From Amoeboradix gromovi X-113 (Eukaryota > Fungi > Sanchytriomycota), in contig JADGIF010000628.1 in the NCBI GenBank assembly GCA_018985225.1, positions 1-5,776 on the forward strand: a DNA stretch of 5,776 nucleotides, written 5' to 3'. The notes below the pieces were generated by a model. That model made no database searches and was not told the DNA's origin. It worked only from the letters and a program-made list of their open reading frames with translations. Below are positions 1 through 5,776 of the stretch, in pieces (the first letter of the stretch is position 1; each line of letters begins with the position of its first letter). Position numbers and translations under genes: made by a program.

Positions 1-131
1 TTATCTATTTCATTCTCACAGACACTACATTTCTTTGATATACTGGTGTATGAAAGCTTTTGCTTTCTCTTGGCCATTCTTTTATTAGGAAAGGTCTCTA
101 TTTATGTGCAAGATTAAATGAAAGTATACCC

Positions 132-196
132 TATTATGAATCAGTATTATGAATTAGTATTATGAATCAGTACTATGAATTAGTATTATGAATCAG
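132..196. repeat. Tandem repeat, 5 x 13 bp (TATTATGAATYAG)
   Basis: Units read directly: 132-144 tattatgaatcag, 145-157 tattatgaattag, 158-170 tattatgaatcag, 171-183 tactatgaattag, 184-196 tattatgaatcag. C and T alternate at unit position 11. Confidence 0.95.
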
Positions 197-201
197 AGGT
201 C

Positions 202-420
202 TATTTGAAATAAAGATTGGATAAAAGAGTAAAAGAATAGCTGTACAGAATATTTATTTTTGAAATTCGATACAAAAAGTTATTTATTTTCCTTTTATAC
301 TCGTCAACTCCGCAACTAGCTGAATGTCCACTCACCTCTTGAATCCATAAAATTAATAAAGCTGAAATAATGTTCCAAGTTGTTGCAGAAAGTTAGTCCA
401 GTTTTTATATTTGATGTCCC
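202..420 (+). repeat. Left arm of a long inverted repeat (219 bp)
   Basis: Its reverse complement aligns end to end with 5526-5745, with 9 substitutions and 1 single-base indel (manual alignment, 210 of 220 columns identical). Confidence 0.95.
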
Positions 421-1106
421 AAATCGAAAAATTCATTAACATCGGGTATGCAAATTTGGTCTCCTTAACAGACATCAAATCAGTGTGAAGATTAGGCCAA
501 GACTCCCTAACAATAAGCCTTATAAAGTTAGGACTAATGATTTAATTTAGTACTACTATTTACTACAAACTGGGATGCTGCTGAGTCATACTCAGTTCAT
601 TTTTAGTATGATAATGAACATTGCTAGTTTCTCTAATATATGCAGCAGGCTTAATAAAACATTCTGATTGATATCCATTCACTGTTGTATGCACAGAAAA
701 CGCTATAAAACCACTGTAATGTCGACAAATCTCCAATAAAAGGGGATGAAATGTGCTCATAAACAAATGAACCCACTTTTTGAACGTCGTATAAGCAGAT
801 ATATCACAATCACCCAGTTCCTAAATAACACGAGGGCAATGAAACAAATTTTAGCCATTGAATATTTGCCAAAAATGATGAAAAACCAAGCGGTCACAGA
901 GGATGTCATAGTGTAATCACCTCTCACAATTTCTGTGAAATAGGTATTTGGTCAAGATTAGTTGTGTGGTTTTGCAGTAGATATCCCAAATTTTGGTAAA
1001 ATAGACAGTCCTATACTATTCTTAGAGTGCTAAAAGAGACTCGTAATAGACCCTGATTTATTCGTGTAGCATTTTCAGGTACATCGTATTACGCTGCCTG
1101 TTTTAC

Positions 1107-1141
1107 CCAATCATGAATTATACTCCTACCAATTTGATTGG
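1107..1141 (+). promoter_or_regulatory. CCAAT boxes upstream of hsp70
   Basis: CCAAT at 1107-1111, plus an inverted pair CCAAT-ttg-ATTGG at 1129-1141 directly upstream of the HSE and TATA box. Confidence 0.55.
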
Positions 1142-1146
1142 CACAA

Positions 1147-1166
1147 AGATCTTTCCAGAAACGTCT
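1147..1166 (+). promoter_or_regulatory. Heat shock element (HSF-binding site)
   Basis: aGATctTTCcaGAAacGTCt gives four alternating nGAAn/nTTCn units. The central two are perfect and the outer two have one mismatch each. It lies 16 bp upstream of the TATA box of an hsp70 gene. Confidence 0.75.
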
Positions 1167-1182
1167 TTTGTACTGCAATAAC

Positions 1183-1190
1183 TATAAATA
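1183..1190 (+). promoter_or_regulatory. TATA box of hsp70
   Basis: Consensus TATAAATA, beginning 31 bp before the ATG and downstream of the CCAAT boxes and HSE. Confidence 0.75.
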
Positions 1191-1213
1191 GGGGAATCGC
1201 CCCCGGAGCGCGT

Positions 1214-3175
1214 ATGAGCAAAGGACCTGCAGTCGGAATTGATTTAGGAACCACCTACTCTTGTGTTGGTTTTTGGCAAAATGATCGAGTTGAGATTATT
1301 GCTAATGACCAGGGAAACAGAACAACACCATCTTATGTTGCATTCAACGACAACGAACGTTTAATTGGAGATGCAGCAAAGAACCAAGTCGCTATGAACC
1401 CAGAAAACACTGTATTTGATGCTAAAAGATTAATTGGACGTAAATTTACTGACTCAGAAGTGCAGTCTGATATGAAGCATTGGCCATTTAAAGTCATCAA
1501 CAAAGATACTAAACCTTACATCCAAGTGAACTACAAGAATGAGCTGAAGACCTTTTCCCCTGAAGAGATTTCTTCTATGGTCTTGGTTAAAATGAGACAG
1601 ACTGCCGAAGCTTTTATCGGAAAGGATGTCAAAGACGCCGTTGTTACAGTACCTGCTTACTTTAATGACTCCCAGCGTCAGGCAACCAAAGATGCCGGTG
1701 CTATCGCTGGCTTAAATGTCCTTAGAATCATTAATGAACCTACAGCTGCAGCTATTGCATACGGGTTGGACAAGAAAACCACTGGCGAAAAGAATGTACT
1801 GATCTTCGATTTAGGTGGAGGTACTTTTGATGTATCTTTATTAACTATTGAAGAAGGTATCTTTGAAGTTAAAGCTACTGCTGGAGACACACATTTAGGA
1901 GGTGAAGATTTTGACAACCGTCTAGTTAATCACTTTTGTGAAGAGTTTAAGCGTAAACACAAGAAAGATTTGGCTGGTAACAACAGATCTTTACGTAGAT
2001 TGAGAACTGCTTGTGAAAGAGCTAAGCGTACTTTATCTGCTGCTACTCAAGCATCTATTGAAATAGATTCATTGTTCGAGGGAGTTGATTTCTACACCTC
2101 TATCACTCGTGCCAGATTTGAAGAACTTTGTGCTGATTTGTTCAGAGCTACTGTCGAACCTGTAGACAAGGTATTAAGAGACTCAAAGATTGATAAGGCA
2201 AATGTTGATGAGATCGTCCTTGTTGGTGGTTCCACCAGAATCCCAAAAGTTCAGAAGTTGGTTACTGACTTCTTTAATGGTAAGGAACCTTGCAAATCAA
2301 TTAACCCTGACGAAGCTGTTGCTTACGGTGCTGCTGTTCAGGCTGCAATTCTCTCAGGCGTTCAATCTGAGAAGACTCAAGATTTGTTGCTGCTAGATGT
2401 AACACCGTTATCTTTAGGTATTGAAACAGCTGGTGGTGTTATGACCACTTTGATCAAGCGTAACTCTACTATCCCTACCAAGAAATCAGAAATATTCAGT
2501 ACTTATGCAGACAACCAGCCAGGTGTCATGATTCAGGTCTTCGAAGGAGAGAGAGCAAGAACCGCAGATAATCACAACTTGGGTAAATTCGAGTTGGGAG
2601 GTATTCCGCCAGCACCTAGAGGTGTACCGCAAGTCGAAGTTACTTTCGATTTGGATGCTAATGGTATCTTAAACGTCAGTGCAGTGGATAAGACCACAGG
2701 AAAGAGCAACAAGATCACAATCACAAATGACAAGGGTAGATTAAGTAAAGAAGACATCGAGAGAATGGTTAATGATGCCGAAAAGTACAAGAACGAAGAT
2801 AAGGAAGCCAAGGAAAGAATTGAAGCAAAGAATGGCCTTGAAAGTTATGCATATTCATTGAGAAACACAATCACCGAAGATACATTAAAGGAGAAAATCA
2901 GTGCAGAAGACAAGGATGTATTAGATAATAAAGTAAACGAGACCATTTCATGGTTGGATGCTCACCCAAGTGAGAACAAGTCATCTTATGAGGAGAAGAA
3001 AAAGGCATTAGAAGCAGTTGCTAATCCAATTATGAGTAAATTATATGGACAGGCGGGCCAGCAGATGCCGGGAGGAATGCCAGGTGGAGGAATGCCGGGT
3101 GGATTTCCAGGACAGGGAGCGCAGCCAACAAGCGGATCAACATCACAAGGTCCTACAATCGAAGAAGTAGATTGA
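1214..3175 (+). CDS. hsp70: Cytosolic heat shock protein 70 (Ssa/Hsc70 type), 653 aa, intronless
   Basis: Hsp70 signatures [23 protein letters not shown] and [14 protein letters not shown]; linker DLLLLDV; eukaryotic cytosolic RARFEEL motif; GGMP repeats; C-terminal GPTIEEVD. No signal or transit peptide. Confidence 0.99.
   Translation: MSKGPAVGIDLGTTYSCVGFWQNDRVEIIANDQGNRTTPSYVAFNDNERLIGDAAKNQVAMNPENTVFDAKRLIGRKFTDSEVQSDMKHWPFKVINKDTKPYIQVNYKNELKTFSPEEISSMVLVKMRQTAEAFIGKDVKDAVVTVPAYFNDSQRQATKDAGAIAGLNVLRIINEPTAAAIAYGLDKKTTGEKNVLIFDLGGGTFDVSLLTIEEGIFEVKATAGDTHLGGEDFDNRLVNHFCEEFKRKHKKDLAGNNRSLRRLRTACERAKRTLSAATQASIEIDSLFEGVDFYTSITRARFEELCADLFRATVEPVDKVLRDSKIDKANVDEIVLVGGSTRIPKVQKLVTDFFNGKEPCKSINPDEAVAYGAAVQAAILSGVQSEKTQDLLLLDVTPLSLGIETAGGVMTTLIKRNSTIPTKKSEIFSTYADNQPGVMIQVFEGERARTADNHNLGKFELGGIPPAPRGVPQVEVTFDLDANGILNVSAVDKTTGKSNKITITNDKGRLSKEDIERMVNDAEKYKNEDKEAKERIEAKNGLESYAYSLRNTITEDTLKEKISAEDKDVLDNKVNETISWLDAHPSENKSSYEEKKKALEAVANPIMSKLYGQAGQQMPGGMPGGGMPGGFPGQGAQPTSGSTSQGPTIEEVD
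3065..3112 (+). repeat. Coding GGMP-type repeat ([16 protein letters not shown]) in the Hsp70 C-terminal tail
   Basis: Seen in the translation; a typical low-complexity tail of cytosolic Hsp70s. Confidence 0.85.
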
Positions 3176-3178
3176 ATG

Positions 3179-3184
3179 AATAAA
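3179..3184 (+). terminator. Putative polyadenylation signal AATAAA of hsp70
   Basis: AATAAA starts 3 bp after the TGA stop. The AT-rich background lowers specificity. Confidence 0.5.
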
Positions 3185-3222
3185 TTAAGATTACTTAACT
3201 AACTTATTTGACTTCTGGCTTT

Positions 3223-3248
3223 CCAATTTGCCGTAGCGCGCTATATAA
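3223..3248 (+). promoter_or_regulatory. Putative promoter of the USP gene (CCAAT, AGCGCG, TATATAA)
   Basis: CCAATTTG 3223-3230, AGCGCG 3235-3240 and TATATAA 3242-3248. The first two motifs also occur in the hsp70 promoter. Confidence 0.4.
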
Positions 3249-3443
3249 TGGAAGAATTATATTTTTTTTATTTAGATACTCGAGTTTTAAAAACAACAAA
3301 TCGACTATAACACATAAAGATGCAGTAAATAGTAAAAAGAGTAATGACATGACTGCTGTAGAGAAATAGGCTCCGCACCACTCATCGTAAGAATTTAAAA
3401 CATGATACTCAAAGTGGCTTACATCAAAAATTTGTAAAATTAC

Positions 3444-4739
3444 ATGCAAGATGAGGCCCCAAAGAGAAAAGAATCGCTAGCTCCATCCAAGTCATTACCA
3501 TCACTGCTAAATTCCAACATGCCAAAAATGCCACGTAGTTATTCAAAAATATTTATTAAAGAAATGGATCCAAGTGCTATAAAGCTAGAGTTGAGCTCAA
3601 TATTAAGTATACCGGTAAGGAGATGGGAGATATTGAATAAGTGCAAAAGGGTACCAAATATTAATGGACAAGTAGGAATAATAAATAGTGGTAACACGTG
3701 CTTTTTGAACAGTGGGATACAGTGTCTGTTCCACATAAATGAACTGACGAGTTACTTTCTGAATGACTATTATAAAATTGACATGAATAACTCATCAGAT
3801 ACCAATGGAGTTGCTATATCATACGCAAAGCTAGTTAAAACAATGAATACGCATACAGTAGTAAATGCAATGGAATTTAAAGCCGAAATAACTAAGCACC
3901 TACAATATTTTGAGGGATTCGACATGCATGATGCACAGGAGTTTTTGGTTAATTTGCTGGATGCGCTAAGTGAAGATTTGAACAGAGGATTTAATAAAAT
4001 GCATAAAGTCAAATTTGAAGTAACCGAAGAACAAGAGGACAATCTGGAACCACATATCAAGGCTAAGCTGGACTGGAACAGATATCAATGTATTCACAGA
4101 TCAATAATATTTGATATTTTTGGGGGCCAATTTGAAAGCAGAATAGAATGTTTGCAATGCAAAAATAAAACGTACAGCTTTGATATGTTTTGGGATATAT
4201 CTGTGCCTCTTAAATCTAAGAGACTTGGTAACAATGATTTACTACAGTGCTTGGATGCATTTGTGGAAGACGAGGAAATGGAATACAAATGTTCGAAATG
4301 CCATTACAATAAGGCTAGCAAAGTTCAAAGAGTTTACAAATGGCCAGTGGTTTTAGTACTACATTTGAAGAGATTTTACTACTTGATGGGGTGGAATAAA
4401 AACTCAAGCGAAATAAAGTTTCCACGGGAACTCTCTGTAAGCAAATGGGGCTCTAGTATAAATGGCGCAGATACAGGTCCATCATATAAACTAGTATCTT
4501 GTATTTGCCATTACGGAAATTTAGATTATGGACATTACATTTCGTATTGCCTAGATACAAAGGATAATAAATGGTACTGTAAAAACGATGATGAAGTAAC
4601 TGAATACAACTTCAAATTGCATTCTAGAACCCCTTCATTTGAATTTAGAAAAAAGAAGTCTCCTGTAAAAGAAGAGGAGTTTGTTAAAGATCTTGGAAAG
4701 AACGTGTACATTTTAATGTATCACAGAATAGATAAGTAG
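3444..4739 (+). CDS. Ubiquitin carboxyl-terminal hydrolase (USP/UBP, peptidase C19; USP2/USP8/Doa4-like catalytic domain), 431 aa; 5' end uncertain
   Basis: Cys box GIINSGNTCFLNSGIQCL; HDAQEFLVNLLDAL; zinc-ribbon CLQC...CSKC; LVLHLKRF; His box HYGNLDYGHYISYC; WYCKNDDEV; terminal YILMYHR. Catalytic Cys, His and Asn/Asp are all present. Confidence 0.95.
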   Translation: MQDEAPKRKESLAPSKSLPSLLNSNMPKMPRSYSKIFIKEMDPSAIKLELSSILSIPVRRWEILNKCKRVPNINGQVGIINSGNTCFLNSGIQCLFHINELTSYFLNDYYKIDMNNSSDTNGVAISYAKLVKTMNTHTVVNAMEFKAEITKHLQYFEGFDMHDAQEFLVNLLDALSEDLNRGFNKMHKVKFEVTEEQEDNLEPHIKAKLDWNRYQCIHRSIIFDIFGGQFESRIECLQCKNKTYSFDMFWDISVPLKSKRLGNNDLLQCLDAFVEDEEMEYKCSKCHYNKASKVQRVYKWPVVLVLHLKRFYYLMGWNKNSSEIKFPRELSVSKWGSSINGADTGPSYKLVSCICHYGNLDYGHYISYCLDTKDNKWYCKNDDEVTEYNFKLHSRTPSFEFRKKKSPVKEEEFVKDLGKNVYILMYHRIDK

Positions 4740-4777
4740 AGCAAATTAATTCACAAGTTCAAGTTATTAAAATAATT

Positions 4778-5365
4778 TTATTTTTTAACAACGCCAACTT
4801 GTGCAGCACGCAGTACTCGATCTTTCAGTTGGAAACCGACTTGCTCAACTTTTCCTATTTGACCGTCTTTAAGATGATCATGATCCATCTGGTAAATGGC
4901 TTCGTGTACATCATGATGGAAAGGATCACCCTCTTTGGGATCAATTAAATGTAAATGGTGGTTTTTAAATACGTTCACAATTTGTTTGCGAATCATCTCA
5001 AAGCCTTCATTTTCTTTACCCGTAGTATTCTTTGAGAATCTTTGAGCATTAGTAAGGGTGTCATGGACAATAAACAAATCTTTAGCAAAGTGTTGAGCAC
5101 CAAAATCTTTTGTCTTTTCAATTTCTTTTTGATGACGATATTGCATATCTTTCAATTCAATTTTGGATTTTTGGTAAGACTCTAGCAACAGAGCATGTTT
5201 CTTGTCTAATTCTTCTAGCTGGGACTTTAAGACATCTACCTTGGTTTTTAGTTCATCCACCTTAAATTCTTCCAAATCAATTGGTTTGTCTACGTTAATC
5301 GCTTGTTTTGCTTCTGATTTCTCAGCTGCATTCTTTAGCATTCTAGACAATGATCTCCTCAACAT
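4778..5365 (-). CDS. grpE: GrpE-family nucleotide exchange factor, probably mitochondrial Mge1 (195 aa from ATG at 5365; the ORF is open to an upstream ATG at 5440)
   Basis: N-terminal coiled coil, KTKDFGAQHFAKDLF..HDTL, EGFEMIRKQIVNVF..H, IDPKEGDPFHHDVHEAIYQ and GFQLKDRVLRAAQVGVVK match GrpE/Mge1. MLRRSLSRMLKNAA is Arg/Ser/Leu-rich with no acidic residues, like a mitochondrial presequence. Confidence 0.93.
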   Translation of the reverse strand: MLRRSLSRMLKNAAEKSEAKQAINVDKPIDLEEFKVDELKTKVDVLKSQLEELDKKHALLLESYQKSKIELKDMQYRHQKEIEKTKDFGAQHFAKDLFIVHDTLTNAQRFSKNTTGKENEGFEMIRKQIVNVFKNHHLHLIDPKEGDPFHHDVHEAIYQMDHDHLKDGQIGKVEQVGFQLKDRVLRAAQVGVVKK

Positions 5366-5525
5366 TGGATTGCGTTTTATCCTCAAGAATTCTCTAAATA
5401 ATTCAACAAGATATAGCAGTGGCTCACACCTTAATTTCATGTTTGCCGGTCATATTCAGCTGTTACTTATTATGGAAGCTAATATTTATCTCGAGATTTA
5501 CATATGAATTTATAGTACTACACTC

Positions 5526-5745
5526 GGGACATCAAATATAAAAACTGGACTAACTTTCTGTAATAACTTGGAACATTATTTCAGCTTTATTAATTTTATG
5601 GATTTAAGAGGCGAGTGGACATTCAGCTAGTTGCGGAATTGACCAGTATAAAAGGAAAATAAATAACTTTTTGTATCGAAATTTCCAAAATAAATATTCT
5701 GTACAGCTATTCTCTTACTCTTTCATCCAATCTTTATTTCAAATA
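5526..5745 (-). repeat. Right arm of the long inverted repeat (220 bp)
   Basis: gggacatcaaatataaaaactggac...ccaatctttatttcaaata is the reverse complement of 202-420. Confidence 0.95.
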
Positions 5746-5776
5746 AAATATCACTATTACACTTCAAAGAAATAGA

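Noticed and set aside
132-196. Tandem array as a CRISPR array or telomere
   Set aside because: No unique spacers, no cas genes and a eukaryotic context; it is not G-rich and not at the window end.
581-619. Small hairpins CTGAGT-cat-ACTCAG (containing AP-1-like TGAGTCA) and GTTCATT...AATGAAC
   Set aside because: Stems of 6-7 bp are expected by chance; no tRNA or known ncRNA fold is evident.
1678-2811. ORFs 1678-1917 (-), 2190-2396 (+) and 2572-2811 (-)
   Set aside because: Shadow frames inside hsp70; antisense ORFs are common opposite Hsp70 genes and these show no recognisable motifs.
3272-3331. Rhodanese-like fragments (LDTR...HIK/DAVN) that would suit a Doa4/USP8-type N-terminus
   Set aside because: Requires reading through a stop and a frameshift; the match is too short to support without a profile search.
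3204-3449. 81-aa minus-strand ORF in the hsp70-USP spacer
   Set aside because: The hydrophobic stretch is explained by A-rich plus-strand sequence. It would overlap the USP start and putative promoter, and no family is recognisable. Not strictly excluded.
3539-4288. Minus-strand ORFs 3539-3736, 3770-4060 and 4094-4288
   Set aside because: Antisense shadows of the USP coding region.
1214-5365. Bacterial dnaK-grpE operon or an alternative genetic code (TAA/TAG = Gln)
   Set aside because: The Hsp70 is eukaryotic EEVD-type with Pol II promoter motifs and GrpE is on the opposite strand. The three ORFs contain no internal TAA/TAG and end at TGA, TAG and TAA at expected C-termini.
5202-5507. 101-aa plus-strand ORF
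   Set aside because: Mostly antisense to GrpE, non-ATG start, Ser-rich composition typical of a shadow frame.
5503-5520. tatgaatttatagtacta resembling the 13-bp repeat unit near the inner end of the right arm
   Set aside because: Needs an insertion to align, is on the wrong side and strand for symmetry, and is plausible by chance in AT-rich DNA.

Overview
This is AT-rich, gene-dense eukaryotic nuclear DNA in the standard genetic code; it looks like a compact-genome fungus or other opisthokont microbe, though the taxon is inferred. Three protein-quality-control genes have uninterrupted main ORFs: a cytosolic EEVD-type Hsp70 (1214-3175, +) with a clear CCAAT/HSE/TATA promoter, a USP-family (peptidase C19) deubiquitinase (3444-4739, +), and a convergent mitochondrial-type GrpE/Mge1 (4778-5365, -). 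The most unusual feature is a pair of ~220-bp inverted repeats (202-420 and 5526-5745; 9 substitutions and 1 indel by manual alignment) bracketing the whole cluster. A 5 x 13-bp tandem array sits just outside the left arm. No transposase, recombinase, RNA gene or CRISPR array is recognisable.
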